The notes beneath the pieces are model-generated. The model ran no database searches and had not been told where the DNA came from. It worked only from the letters and a program-made list of their open reading frames with translations. The position numbers and the translations under genes are program-made. A stretch of 64,000 nt of DNA from Actinomycetales bacterium (GTDB taxonomy: Bacteria > Actinomycetota > Actinomycetes > S36-B12): NCBI GenBank assembly GCA_016125355.1, contig WGLX01000001.1:137-64136 (forward strand), given 5' to 3'. The first letter of the stretch is position 1, and every line of letters begins with the position of its first letter. Of this stretch, positions 26,670 to 36,209 are shown piece by piece.

Positions 26670-27578
26670 TCATACTCCCAAGGCTCCGAGGCCGAAGAGC
26701 ACCAGCCAGACCAGGCCGAGGACCTGCAGGACGCGATCCTGCAGGACGACCTCCTCCGGAGCCTCGGCCTCGCCGGCATCGACGTCGACCGCGTAGCGGA
26801 GGATCGCGAGGACGAACGGGAGCACGCTCCACTCCGCGAACGGGAAGGAGGTCTCCCCCAGGCCGACCTCGAATGCCCATAGGCAGTAGCCGGTGATCGT
26901 GACGGCGGCCGCGGTGCCCCAGACGAACCGCAGGTACGCCGGCGTGTAGCCGGAGAGGCTGCGACGGGCGGCGCCCGATGCGTCACCGTGGTCGCGGATC
27001 GTCCGCTCGAGCTCGCTGAACCGCTTGCCCGCCGCCATGAAGAGCGACCCGAAACCGGCGACGATGAGGAACCACGGGGAGATCGGCAGTTCCGCCGCGG
27101 CACCGCCGGCAATCGCCCGAAGCAGGAAGCCCATGGCGAGCAGGGCCAGCTCGATCACCGGCTCGTGCTTGAAGAACAGCGAGTACGCCAGGGTGAAGAC
27201 CGCGTACGCCGCCACGATGCCGAACAGCGCGACGTTGACCCACAGGGCCAGCCCGAGGGCGAGGACGGCGAGGATGACGGCCTCGGTGCCCGCCACGACG
27301 ATCGGCAGCTCACCCGCCGGGATGGGCCGGTTCCGCTTGACCGGGTGGGTGCGGTCGGCGTCGACATCGCGGATGTCGTTGATCAGGTAGGTCGAACTCG
27401 AGATCAGGCAGAAGGCGACGAAGGCGAGGAGCGAGGGAACGAGCACCTCGGGCTGGAAGATCGAGCCGGCCGCCAGGGGTGCGGCGAAGACGAGGACGTT
27501 CTTGAGCCATTGACGCGGCCGCATGGCCACGATGGCGGCCACCGGCAGGGACCGCCTGGCGGGCTCAGATCGCGTCAT
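26670..27578 (-). CDS. Decaprenyl-phosphate phosphoribosyltransferase (UbiA superfamily)
   Basis: ATG 27578. MRPRQWLKNVLVFAAPLAAG and NDIRDVDADRTHP (UbiA Asp-rich motif). Located directly upstream of dprE1. Confidence 0.85.
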   Translation of the reverse strand: MTRSEPARRSLPVAAIVAMRPRQWLKNVLVFAAPLAAGSIFQPEVLVPSLLAFVAFCLISSSTYLINDIRDVDADRTHPVKRNRPIPAGELPIVVAGTEAVILAVLALGLALWVNVALFGIVAAYAVFTLAYSLFFKHEPVIELALLAMGFLLRAIAGGAAAELPISPWFLIVAGFGSLFMAAGKRFSELERTIRDHGDASGAARRSLSGYTPAYLRFVWGTAAAVTITGYCLWAFEVGLGETSFPFAEWSVLPFVLAILRYAVDVDAGEAEAPEEVVLQDRVLQVLGLVWLVLFGLGALGV

Positions 27579-28059
27579 CACGCTCAACGGACCGACCCGG
27601 CTCGGAGTCCCCCACAATCCGCGCGATCTGCGGCACCACCAGGACCCACGTGACGACATGCATGAGGGCGAGCACTCCGCGCGAGACCCATGAGACGCTC
27701 GGGTCCTGGTCGATCGGCGCCCACAGCGAGAGCAGCGCGATGATCGTGCCCAGCCAGAAGACGAGTCGACCGGCATGCGGCAGGCCGCGCAGCAGCGCCC
27801 CGACGAGGGCGAGTGCGAGGGCCGCGACGACGGGCGTGACCAGCACGACCAGCCACGCGACCGGCTGCAGCGGGATGCCGGCGCGACCGGAGACCACGAA
27901 GTCCAGTCCCGCCGCCCGGCCGATGCCGTAGATGAGCAGCGAGAGCAGGCCGGCCCAGATGCCGGTCACGAGGGCCGCGTACACCAGCTGGCGCACCGTC
28001 GGGTTCGCCGACGTCGGCGGGCCGACCGGCGTCTTGGAGTCGACCCAGGGTGCGGACAT
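27565..28059 (-). CDS. Hypothetical membrane protein (4 TM)
   Basis: ATG 28059 (MSAPWVDSK). Overlaps the downstream transferase gene by 14 nt. No family recognised. Confidence 0.55.
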   Translation of the reverse strand: MSAPWVDSKTPVGPPTSANPTVRQLVYAALVTGIWAGLLSLLIYGIGRAAGLDFVVSGRAGIPLQPVAWLVVLVTPVVAALALALVGALLRGLPHAGRLVFWLGTIIALLSLWAPIDQDPSVSWVSRGVLALMHVVTWVLVVPQIARIVGDSEPGRSVERDDAI

Positions 28060-28137
28060 GCGGCCATTCTTCACGTCCTCGCCGCCAAGGGGGGCACCGA
28101 GTCGGATTCCGACGCGCCCGATTCCCCTCTTGCCAAA

Positions 28138-28177
28138 GTTACTGACCAGTAGCATCATGGAGTTACTGGCCGGTAAC
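28138..28177. promoter_or_regulatory. Two tandem operator-like inverted repeats upstream of the acyl-CoA dehydrogenase gene
   Basis: GTTACTGACCAGTAGC (28138-28153) and GTTACTGGCCGGTAAC (28162-28177), with starts 24 nt apart, 41-80 nt upstream of ATG 28218. Confidence 0.35.
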
Positions 28178-28217
28178 AACGGCGGCTGCATGTCGCCCTA
28201 CGCGCGAAGGACGCCCC

Positions 28218-30059
28218 ATGTCGCACTACAAGAGCAACCTGCGAGACCTTGAGTTCAACCTCTTCGAGGTGTTCGGTGGCGGCGACCGCCTGGGCACCGG
28301 CCCCTACACCGAGATGGACCCCGACACCGCGCGGGAGATCCTGCACGAGGTGGAGAGACTCGCCACCGGGCCGCTCGCCGAGCCCTTCGCCGACGCCGAC
28401 CGCAACCCGCCGGTGTACGACCCCGCGACCAAGACCGTGACCATGCCCGAGGGCTTCAAGAAGTCGTTCGAGGCGCTCATGGACTCCGAGTGGTGGCGCC
28501 TCGACCTGCCCGAGCACCTCGGTGGCACGGGTGCCCCGCCCTCCCTGCGCTGGGCAGCCAGCGAGATGCTGCTCGGAAGCAACCCGGCTGCGTTCATGTT
28601 CATGTCCGGTCCCGGCTTCGCGGCGATCCTCGACGCCCTCGGCAATGAGGAGCAGAAGCGCTGGGCCGAGCTGATGATCGAGAAGGGCTGGGGAGCCACG
28701 ATGGTCCTCACCGAGCCGGATGCCGGCTCGGACGTCGGGGCCGGCCGCACCAAGGCCTACGACAACGGCGACGGCACGTGGCGGATCGAGGGCGTGAAGC
28801 GGTTCATCACCTCCGGCGAGCACGACATGGCCGACAACATCGTCCACCTGGTCCTGGCCCGTCCCGACGGCGCCGGACCGGGCACCAAGGGGCTCTCCCT
28901 GTTCGTGGTGCCCAAGTACCACGTGGACCTCACGACCGGCGAGATCGGCGCCCGCAACGGCGTCTACGCGACCAACGTCGAGAAGAAGATGGGACTCAAG
29001 GTCTCCACGACGTGCGAGATGACCTTCGGCGCCGATCCCGCTGACCCCGCCATCGGCTGGCTGGTCGGCGACGTCCACGACGGCATCGCGCAGATGTTCA
29101 AGGTCATCGAGTATGCGCGCATGATGGTCGGCACCAAGGCCATCGCCACCCTGTCCACCGGCTACCTGAACGCGCTGGAGTACGCCAAGACCCGTGTCCA
29201 GGGCGCGGACCTCACGCAGCAGACCGACAAGAGCGCGCCGCGCGTGACGATCACGCACCATCCCGACGTGCGCCGCAGCCTCATGCTGCAGAAGTCGTAC
29301 GCCGAGGGCATGCGCGCCCTGATCGCCTACACGGCGTACTGGCAGGACATGATCGAGATGGCGAAGGCAGGCGACGCCGACATCGACCTCGACACTGCCG
29401 AGCGCATGAACGATCTGCTCCTGCCGGTCGTGAAGGGCGTCGGATCCGAGCGCTCCTACGAGATGCTCGCTGTCGGCCTGCAGACCTTCGGCGGGTCGGG
29501 ATTCCTGCAGGACTACCCGCTCGAGCAGTACATCCGCGACGCCAAGATCGACACCCTCTACGAGGGCACCACCGCGATCCAGGGCCTGGACTTCTTCTTC
29601 CGCAAGATGGTGAAGGACCAGTTCAAGGCGATCTTCCACCTCGCGGAGCAGATCACCGAGACGGTGAAGGGCGACGAGGGCTCCGGCCAACTGGCCGCCG
29701 AGCGGGAGATCCTCGGCAAGGCGCTGGAGGACGTCCAGGGCATCGTGGGCGTCATGGGCCAGTGGGCCATGGCCTCGCAGCAGGACGTCCGGGAGATCTA
29801 CCGGGTGGGCCTGAACTCCACCCGGCTGCTCATGGCCAGTGGCGACCTGATCATCGGCTGGCTGCTCCTGCGCCAGGCCGAGGTGGCCCTCGCCGCCCTC
29901 GCGGGCGATCCGTCGCCACGGGATCGCGCCTTCTACGAGGGCAAGGTCGAGACCGCCCGGTGGTTCGTGCGCAACCGGCTGCCGCTGCTCGCCGCCGAGC
30001 GCGTGGTCGCCGAGAGCACGACGCTGGACCTCATGGACCTGCCGGAGGAGTCCTTCTAG
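28218..30059 (+). CDS. Long-form acyl-CoA dehydrogenase (FadE5-like, about 610 aa)
   Basis: N-terminal [22 protein letters not shown] middle and C-terminal domains, [13 protein letters not shown]. Confidence 0.93.
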   Translation: MSHYKSNLRDLEFNLFEVFGGGDRLGTGPYTEMDPDTAREILHEVERLATGPLAEPFADADRNPPVYDPATKTVTMPEGFKKSFEALMDSEWWRLDLPEHLGGTGAPPSLRWAASEMLLGSNPAAFMFMSGPGFAAILDALGNEEQKRWAELMIEKGWGATMVLTEPDAGSDVGAGRTKAYDNGDGTWRIEGVKRFITSGEHDMADNIVHLVLARPDGAGPGTKGLSLFVVPKYHVDLTTGEIGARNGVYATNVEKKMGLKVSTTCEMTFGADPADPAIGWLVGDVHDGIAQMFKVIEYARMMVGTKAIATLSTGYLNALEYAKTRVQGADLTQQTDKSAPRVTITHHPDVRRSLMLQKSYAEGMRALIAYTAYWQDMIEMAKAGDADIDLDTAERMNDLLLPVVKGVGSERSYEMLAVGLQTFGGSGFLQDYPLEQYIRDAKIDTLYEGTTAIQGLDFFFRKMVKDQFKAIFHLAEQITETVKGDEGSGQLAAEREILGKALEDVQGIVGVMGQWAMASQQDVREIYRVGLNSTRLLMASGDLIIGWLLLRQAEVALAALAGDPSPRDRAFYEGKVETARWFVRNRLPLLAAERVVAESTTLDLMDLPEESF

Positions 30060-30123
30060 TCGCAGGTTGATCACAGCCCCGACATCGCGCGCGAGGGGGC
30101 CGGCCGCCTGACAGGATGCTCAG

Positions 30124-31332
30124 GTGCCGGCCCTCTCGTCCGTCTTCGCCGCCGGGAGCACCGAGTTCTCGAGCGTCTACGTCGAGTTCGGCCTGCTCCT
30201 CGTCCTCCTGGGCCTGCTGTCGCGGATCGCCCATCGCTTCGGCTTCTCGCCCGTCCCGTTCTACCTCCTCGGCGGCCTGGCCCTGGGGGAGGGCGGGATC
30301 GTGGGCGTCGACCCCCAGGGAACGCTCCTGCCGCCGCTGTCCGAGCTCGGCGTCATCCTCCTGCTGCTCCTGCTCGGCCTGGAGTACTCAGGGCGGGAGA
30401 TCATCGACCACGCCCGGCGTCAGATGGGCCCCGGGGTCGTCGACGTGGTCCTCAACGCCGCTCCGGGGGCGGCCCTCGGGCTGATCCTCGGCTGGGGGCT
30501 CGCCGGAGCGGTCGCGCTGGGCGGCATCACCTACATCTCCTCCTCCGGCATCGTCTCGCAGGTCGTACGGGACCTGCGATGGCGGCGCAACCCGGAGACC
30601 GGACCGGTCGTGAGCATCCTCGTGATCGAGGACCTGGTGATGGCCCCCTACCTTCCGATCCTCACGGTGATCCTCACCGGGACCGGGCTCATCGCCGGGC
30701 TCATCAGCGTCGGGGTCGCGCTCGCCATCGTCGCCGTGGTCCTTTTCGTCGCCGTGCGACGCGGCGACAAGCCGTTCTTCTTCCGCTCCTCTGAACCTGC
30801 CGGGCTGCTGCTCGTGGTCTTCGGGCTCGCCGTCGCCGCCGCCGGGATCGCGGGCCTGCTCTCCTTCTCGTCGGCGGTGGCCGCCTTCCTCGTCGGTCTG
30901 CTGCTCACCGGCGAGATCGCCGAGGTCGCCCGCCGTCGCCTCGACCCGCTGCGCGAGCTGCTCGCCGCGATCTTCTTCGCCTACTTCGGCCTGGTCACCG
31001 AGCCTGCGGCCCTTCTGGTGATGCTCGGGCCCGCCGTGCTGCTCGTCGTCGTGACGGTGCTCACGAAGTTCATCACGGGCTGGTACGCCAGCACCCGCGT
31101 CGGCGGGGGCACCATCTCGAGGCTGCGCGCCGGGGCCCTCCTCAGCGCCCGCGGGGAGTTCAGCGTGATCATCGCGGGGCTCGTCGCCCTCAATGGCGCG
31201 CTGCCCAACGACTTCGAGGCGCTCGTTGCCGCCTACGTCCTCATGACGGCCACCCTCGGCCCAGTGCTGGCCCGCTACATCGAACCCATCGGTTGGTGGT
31301 GGGACCAGCGGCCCGTACGCTCGTCGGCATGA
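30124..31332 (+). CDS. Cation:proton antiporter (CPA2/Kef-type membrane domain)
   Basis: GTG 30124. 402 aa with about 12 TM helices. Sodium/hydrogen exchanger family pattern. Confidence 0.88.
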   Translation: MPALSSVFAAGSTEFSSVYVEFGLLLVLLGLLSRIAHRFGFSPVPFYLLGGLALGEGGIVGVDPQGTLLPPLSELGVILLLLLLGLEYSGREIIDHARRQMGPGVVDVVLNAAPGAALGLILGWGLAGAVALGGITYISSSGIVSQVVRDLRWRRNPETGPVVSILVIEDLVMAPYLPILTVILTGTGLIAGLISVGVALAIVAVVLFVAVRRGDKPFFFRSSEPAGLLLVVFGLAVAAAGIAGLLSFSSAVAAFLVGLLLTGEIAEVARRRLDPLRELLAAIFFAYFGLVTEPAALLVMLGPAVLLVVVTVLTKFITGWYASTRVGGGTISRLRAGALLSARGEFSVIIAGLVALNGALPNDFEALVAAYVLMTATLGPVLARYIEPIGWWWDQRPVRSSA

Positions 31333-31928
31333 CCATGCGCGACGCCCGGCCCCGGGGCGTCGCCGCGCTCGTCGTCGTCCTCCTCGCCCTGCTGGGGTGG
31401 CAGGCGGCACCCGCATCCGCCCACACCGAATTGCTGTCAACGACCCCCGCGGAGGGTGCGGTCCTCGCCACCGTGCCGAGCGAGGTGGACCTCACCTTCA
31501 GCGAGTCGGTACTGCCGGAGTCGGTGGTCGTCTCGGTCCAGGACGAGACCGGGTTCGTGGTGCGGGTACTCGACCTGTCGGTCGACGGGACGGACGTGCT
31601 CGTCACCTGGCCACCCGGCATGCGCGGCAAGGACTACTCGGTGAACTACCGCGTGGTCTCCCAGGACGGCCACCCCGTCGAGGGCACGCTGCATTTCTCC
31701 GTGACCTCGGCGCCGACGGACGGGCTTGTGGCAGCAGCACCCACCGCGTCCGCGGTCCCGGTGCCTGTCAGCGCTCCGGCGAGCTCCTCATCGGCCGATG
31801 ACGGCGGCCGTGCCCTTCTCACGGCCCTGATCGTCGGACTCGTCGTCGGTGCCGTCGCCGGGCTCGTGGCGGTCCTCGTGGTTCGCCGCTCCGGTCGGCG
31901 TCGCAGCGCATCGGGCACCGAGACATGA
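31329..31928 (+). CDS. CopC-domain copper-binding protein with C-terminal TM anchor
   Basis: ATG 31329 overlaps the antiporter stop (ATGA). Signal peptide ends ASAHTELLSTTPAEGAVL (CopC His-1 motif). Has a C-terminal hydrophobic anchor. Confidence 0.85.
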   Translation: MTMRDARPRGVAALVVVLLALLGWQAAPASAHTELLSTTPAEGAVLATVPSEVDLTFSESVLPESVVVSVQDETGFVVRVLDLSVDGTDVLVTWPPGMRGKDYSVNYRVVSQDGHPVEGTLHFSVTSAPTDGLVAAAPTASAVPVPVSAPASSSSADDGGRALLTALIVGLVVGAVAGLVAVLVVRRSGRRRSASGTET

Positions 31929-33958
31929 CAACGACACGCACCCCCACCCGCACGTCCCCTCGCACCGGCCTGGGCGCCTGGCCGCTCACGGCCATCGGGG
32001 CGGGTCTGGCCGCCATCGCCGTGTCCGCGATGGCCATGGGGCTGGTGGTCGCGGGCGGTTCCTACACCGAGGCACTCCCCGGCCTGCCCGACCCCGGACC
32101 CCTGGTCGGCTGGGGCTCGTCGATTCTCCGCCTGCTCACGGACCTCGCCGCCGTCCTCACGGTCGGGTGGCTGCTGGCGGCCGCCTTCCTCGACCCGTCG
32201 GGCAAGGACGGCGTCGTCTCCCCCCTGGGCCGTCGCGACCTCCGCCGGGCGGCGGCAGCCTCGGTGGCATGGGCGGTGCTCGCCATCGTGCAGCTGTTCT
32301 TCGAGCTGGCGAATGTGCTCGGGCTCCCCCTGTCCGACGCCCTCGACCCCAGCGTCGTCTCCACCTACGCCAACGAGGTCGCCAGCACGCGCGCACTTCT
32401 CGTCATGGCGGTGCTGGCCGCGGTCGTCTGCGTCGGCGTCCTGTTCACCGCGACCACCGGCGCCACGGCGGCGTGGCTGGTCGTCGCCCTCGTGTCCGCG
32501 TCGCTGCCGGCCCTGGCCGGTCACGCCGCCGGGCTGGGGGACCACGCCCTCGCGCTGACGGCTGGCGTCGCCCACGTGATCTCCGCCGTCGTCTGGGTGG
32601 GCGGGCTCGCCGCCCTCGCACTCCACGCGGCTCGGCGCGAGGGATCGATGGCACGGTCGGCCAGCCGGTTCTCGACCATTGCCCTGATCGCCATCATGCT
32701 GCTCGCGGCGAGTGGGATGGCCAACGCGTACACGCGACTGGACAACATCGGCCAGCTGTTCACGACCGGATACGGGCAGGTCACCCTCGTGAAGGCGCTG
32801 CTGATCGTCGGGCTCGCAATCCTCGGCTGGGTCATGCGCACGCGCGTCATCTCGACACTGCACCGGTCGTCACGTATCGGTGCCTTCGCCCGCGTGGCCG
32901 GCATCGAGCTCGTGATCATGGCCACTGCCATCGGCCTCGGTGTCGCCCTCGCGGCCAGCCCGCCGCCACGCGTCGAGGTGCCACTCGGCTCCTATGGCGA
33001 GAGCCTGCTCGGCTACGCGTATCCGCCGCCGCCGACGATCTTGACGGTCGGCCTGGGCTTCAACCTCGATCCCCTGTTCTTCACGGCGAGCCTGATCGCC
33101 GCGGGCCTGTACCTCGCCGGCGTCATCCGCCTGCACCGGCGCGGGGACCGGTGGCCGGTCATGCGCACGGTCTCGTGGCTCGCGGGCCTCGCCGTGGTGA
33201 TCTGGTGCACCAACGCTGGGATCGCCCTGTACTCGCAGGTCTCCGTCGGCCTGCACATGGTCATGCACATGACCCTGACGATGCTGGCCCCGATCTTCCT
33301 CGTCCTGGGCGCTCCCGCCACCCTGGCCCTGCGCGCGCTCAATCCGGCGAAGGGCAACGAGCGCGGGCCACGCGAGTGGCTCGTGTGGTTCCTGCACTCG
33401 TGGATCACCCGGCTCCTCACCAACCCCCTGTACGTCTTCTTCGTCTACGTCATCGGCCTGTACGGCCTGTACTTCACGCCGCTTTTCGGGTGGCTGATGG
33501 GCAGCCACGTGGGCCACGTGATCATGCAGGTGCACTTCATCGTGTCGGGCTACCTCTTCTACTGGATCCTCATCGGGATCGATCCACGGCCCAAGCCACT
33601 GCCGTACTGGGGCCGCATGGTGCTGCTCCTGCTGGCGCTTTCCCTCCACGGCTTCTTCGCGGTCGCGATGATGATGGGCACGACCCCGATCGCCACCGAC
33701 TGGTACGGCGTGGTTCAGCCGCCGTGGATCACGGACCCCCTGCGCGACACCCTGGACGCGGGGCAGGTCGCCTGGGGCCTGTCGGAGATCCCCAGCCTCA
33801 TCGTGCTGATCGCGATCGCCGTCCAGTGGTCTCGTAGTGACGAGCGGGAGGCCACCCGGCTCGACCGGCAGGCGGACCGCGACGACGACGCCGAGCTGCG
33901 GGCCTACAACGAGCGGCTCGCGGCTCTCGCCCAGCGGGGACAGTCCCGGCCATCCTGA
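31925..33958 (+). CDS. CopD / cytochrome c oxidase assembly (CtaG-type) fusion membrane protein
   Basis: 677-aa polytopic protein. N-terminal half is CopD-like and C-terminal half is caa3-CtaG-like. ATGA overlap with the CopC gene. Confidence 0.82.
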   Translation: MTTTRTPTRTSPRTGLGAWPLTAIGAGLAAIAVSAMAMGLVVAGGSYTEALPGLPDPGPLVGWGSSILRLLTDLAAVLTVGWLLAAAFLDPSGKDGVVSPLGRRDLRRAAAASVAWAVLAIVQLFFELANVLGLPLSDALDPSVVSTYANEVASTRALLVMAVLAAVVCVGVLFTATTGATAAWLVVALVSASLPALAGHAAGLGDHALALTAGVAHVISAVVWVGGLAALALHAARREGSMARSASRFSTIALIAIMLLAASGMANAYTRLDNIGQLFTTGYGQVTLVKALLIVGLAILGWVMRTRVISTLHRSSRIGAFARVAGIELVIMATAIGLGVALAASPPPRVEVPLGSYGESLLGYAYPPPPTILTVGLGFNLDPLFFTASLIAAGLYLAGVIRLHRRGDRWPVMRTVSWLAGLAVVIWCTNAGIALYSQVSVGLHMVMHMTLTMLAPIFLVLGAPATLALRALNPAKGNERGPREWLVWFLHSWITRLLTNPLYVFFVYVIGLYGLYFTPLFGWLMGSHVGHVIMQVHFIVSGYLFYWILIGIDPRPKPLPYWGRMVLLLLALSLHGFFAVAMMMGTTPIATDWYGVVQPPWITDPLRDTLDAGQVAWGLSEIPSLIVLIAIAVQWSRSDEREATRLDRQADRDDDAELRAYNERLAALAQRGQSRPS

Positions 33959-33989
33959 CCAGTACCGACGGAGTGATACCCTAGGGGGT

Positions 33990-34454
33990 ATGCGAAACCG
34001 TTCCCTCGCGCTTGCCGCGTCTGCTCTCGTCGCCCTCTCGCTCGGCCTCGTCGGCTGCTCCTCGTCCACGGACACCGCCGCCCCGGCCGCCACCTCCTCG
34101 GTGCAGGGGCCCGCGGGCCCCGTGGCCGCCCCGTCGTCCCCGGAGCGCGTCGACGTGTCGACCTTCGCGGGCGTCGTCACCAGCCCCGGCGTGACCGTGA
34201 TCGACGTGCGCACGCCCGAGGAGTTCGCGGCCGGGCACATCGCCGGCGCCGTGAACATCGACGTGCAGGGCCCGGACTTCGCCAGCCAGATCGGCGGACT
34301 GGATGCGGCCGGCACCTACGCCGTTTACTGCCACAGCGGCAACCGCTCGCAGGCGGCCGTCGCCGAGATGGCGAATGCCGGAATCAACGGGATCTACGAG
34401 CTCGACGGAGGCATCGCGGCCTGGGAGGCCGCCGGCCAGCCCGTCGTCCAGTAG
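33990..34454 (+). CDS. Rhodanese-domain lipoprotein
   Basis: ATG 33990 with lipobox LVGCSS. Rhodanese active-site loop VYCHSGNRS. Confidence 0.88.
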   Translation: MRNRSLALAASALVALSLGLVGCSSSTDTAAPAATSSVQGPAGPVAAPSSPERVDVSTFAGVVTSPGVTVIDVRTPEEFAAGHIAGAVNIDVQGPDFASQIGGLDAAGTYAVYCHSGNRSQAAVAEMANAGINGIYELDGGIAAWEAAGQPVVQ

Positions 34455-34508
34455 CCGAAGAGCACCCGCCTTCTTCGTCGTTCCCTCATCCCGTCGTACC
34501 GTGACGGC

Positions 34509-35291
34509 ATGAGGGCACGACTTCGTCGGGGTACCGGCGCCGGCTCGGCGCTGGTGCTCGCCGTCACGCTGGCGGCGTCGGTGGCGGTCGCCGGACCGGC
34601 GTCCGCGACCCCACCGGACGACCACCCCTCCGAACTGAGCCATCTCGGTCCGGCCGAGCAGGTCATCGTCGTCACGGCACCGAGCTGGCGCTCCACGCGC
34701 GGAACGCTACGCGCGTACGAGCGCGCGGCAGGCGGTGGCTGGCGCGAGGTCGTTCCGCGCACCAAGGCGTGGCTGGGCTACGGCGGCCTGGCACCCGCGG
34801 CGAAGCGACGCCAGTCGACAGGGACCACCCCGGCCGGCACGTTCGCCATTCCCGGCGCCTTCGGGCGCCTCGCGGATCCCGGAACGGCACTGCCCTACGT
34901 CGCCATCGACCGCAATGACTCGTGGCCGTACGACAAGGACCACCCGCGCACCTACAACGTCTTCCAGGACCAGCCGGTCGACCGCGCCGCCTACGGGGGC
35001 AGCATCGAGTGGCTGTGGTCGAAGGGACCGCAGTACGACTACGTGGCCGTCATGGACTACAACCTGCCGGAGGGCAGGGTCGTACGCGGACCGGACGGGA
35101 TCCTGCGCACCAGCCGGCCGGCAGACACCCGGGCCGGGGGTGGCATCTTCCTGCACGTGAGCAAGGGCGAGCCGACCGCGGGCTGCATCTCCGTGCCGCG
35201 GTCGACGATGCGGTCGATCCTGCGGTGGCTGGACCCGGCGAAGAACCCGGTGATCGTCGTCGGACCACGGTCCGACATCACCCGCATGTAG
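34509..35291 (+). CDS. L,D-transpeptidase (YkuD) family protein
   Basis: Signal peptide. Catalytic motif GGIFLHVSKGEPTAGCISV. Confidence 0.85.
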   Translation: MRARLRRGTGAGSALVLAVTLAASVAVAGPASATPPDDHPSELSHLGPAEQVIVVTAPSWRSTRGTLRAYERAAGGGWREVVPRTKAWLGYGGLAPAAKRRQSTGTTPAGTFAIPGAFGRLADPGTALPYVAIDRNDSWPYDKDHPRTYNVFQDQPVDRAAYGGSIEWLWSKGPQYDYVAVMDYNLPEGRVVRGPDGILRTSRPADTRAGGGIFLHVSKGEPTAGCISVPRSTMRSILRWLDPAKNPVIVVGPRSDITRM

Positions 35292-35297
35292 CTCCTC

Positions 35298-35369
35298 CCC
35301 CCGTCTGTCTTGAGGTTGCGGGCGCGACACGCCGTGTCGCGCGACCGCAAACCTCAAGACAGACGGGGG
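35298..35369. terminator. 72-nt near-perfect hairpin (about 33 bp stem) filling a convergent intergenic region
   Basis: CCCCCGTCTGTCTTGAGGTTGCGGGCGCGACAC-GCC-GTGTCGCGCGACCGCAAACCTCAAGACAGACGGGGG. Two small bulges. Lies between the stops at 35291 (+) and 35374 (-). Confidence 0.6.
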
Positions 35370-35373
35370 CGGG

Positions 35374-36159
35374 TCAGCCGAGGCGGACGTCCTCCAGCAC
35401 GGGGAACTGCTCACGCCAGGTGGGCGCCTCGTCCGGGTCGACCTCGACGACCAGCACATCGGCGTGGTCACCGGCGCGCACGGCCACCTCGCCCTTCGGG
35501 CTCACGACCGTCGAGTGCCCACCGAGCCGGATGCCGGGCTGGCTGCCCACCTCGTTGCACGCGATCAGCCACGCCTGGTTCTCGATGGCCCGCGCCTGCG
35601 TGAGCACGTCCCAGTGGCCGATCCTCGGTTCCGGCCATCCGGACGCGATGAGGAACGCCTGCGCCCCACCCTCGACGAGCGCGCGGAAGAGCTCCGGGAA
35701 CCGCAGGTCGTAGCAGGTGGCCAGCCCGGTGGGCCCGAGCGGCGTCTCCACGACGAACAGCTCGTCGCCGCCGCTCATGAGCACGGTCTCGCCGCCATCG
35801 AAGCCGAATAGGTGCACCTTCCGGTAGGCCGCCACCAGCTCGCCCTCGGGATCGAACAGGACGGACGTGTTGTAGTGCTGGCCGTCGGCGTCGAGCTCGG
35901 CGAAGGAACCGCCGTGGAGCCAGATCCGATGCTCCGCCGCAAGTCCCGCCAGCGCCTGCACGAGCGGGCCGTCCACGGGCTGGGCGTGCTCGCGAGCGGC
36001 CTCCACGTCGAAGGCCCCCACGTGCCACAGCTCCGGCAGCACGATCATGTCGACGCGAGGGGCGAGCTCGTCGATCAGCGAGAGCGTCCGGGTGATTCGC
36101 GCCGGGACCGGCTCCTCCGTCGAGCAGTCGAGTTGGACCAGACCCACGCGCACTGTCAT
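35374..36159 (-). CDS. Carbon-nitrogen hydrolase (nitrilase/omega-amidase superfamily)
   Basis: 261 aa. Contains PELW, KVHLF and ATCYDLRFPE (catalytic Cys). Confidence 0.9.
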   Translation of the reverse strand: MTVRVGLVQLDCSTEEPVPARITRTLSLIDELAPRVDMIVLPELWHVGAFDVEAAREHAQPVDGPLVQALAGLAAEHRIWLHGGSFAELDADGQHYNTSVLFDPEGELVAAYRKVHLFGFDGGETVLMSGGDELFVVETPLGPTGLATCYDLRFPELFRALVEGGAQAFLIASGWPEPRIGHWDVLTQARAIENQAWLIACNEVGSQPGIRLGGHSTVVSPKGEVAVRAGDHADVLVVEVDPDEAPTWREQFPVLEDVRLG

Positions 36160-36209
36160 GACGCGACCCTACGCTCTCCCTGGTGCTCGCGTGGCCTACC
36201 GTGGCCGCC

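Noticed and set aside
25301-27776. N-terminal extensions of the longest ORFs for dprE1 (603 aa), the UbiA-type transferase (368 aa), E1 alpha, the GAF kinase, the DUF559 gene and the DHPS-like gene.
   Set aside because: The extensions are Arg/Ser/Pro-rich, overlap the preceding gene and precede well-placed internal starts that restore normal family lengths.
30061-30085. GCAGGTTGATCACAG upstream of the antiporter-copC-copD operon, considered as a fourth copy of the copper-locus box.
   Set aside because: It is one nucleotide shorter between the half-sites and lacks the TCAAGA second half-site. The similarity is limited to GGTT-GATCA.
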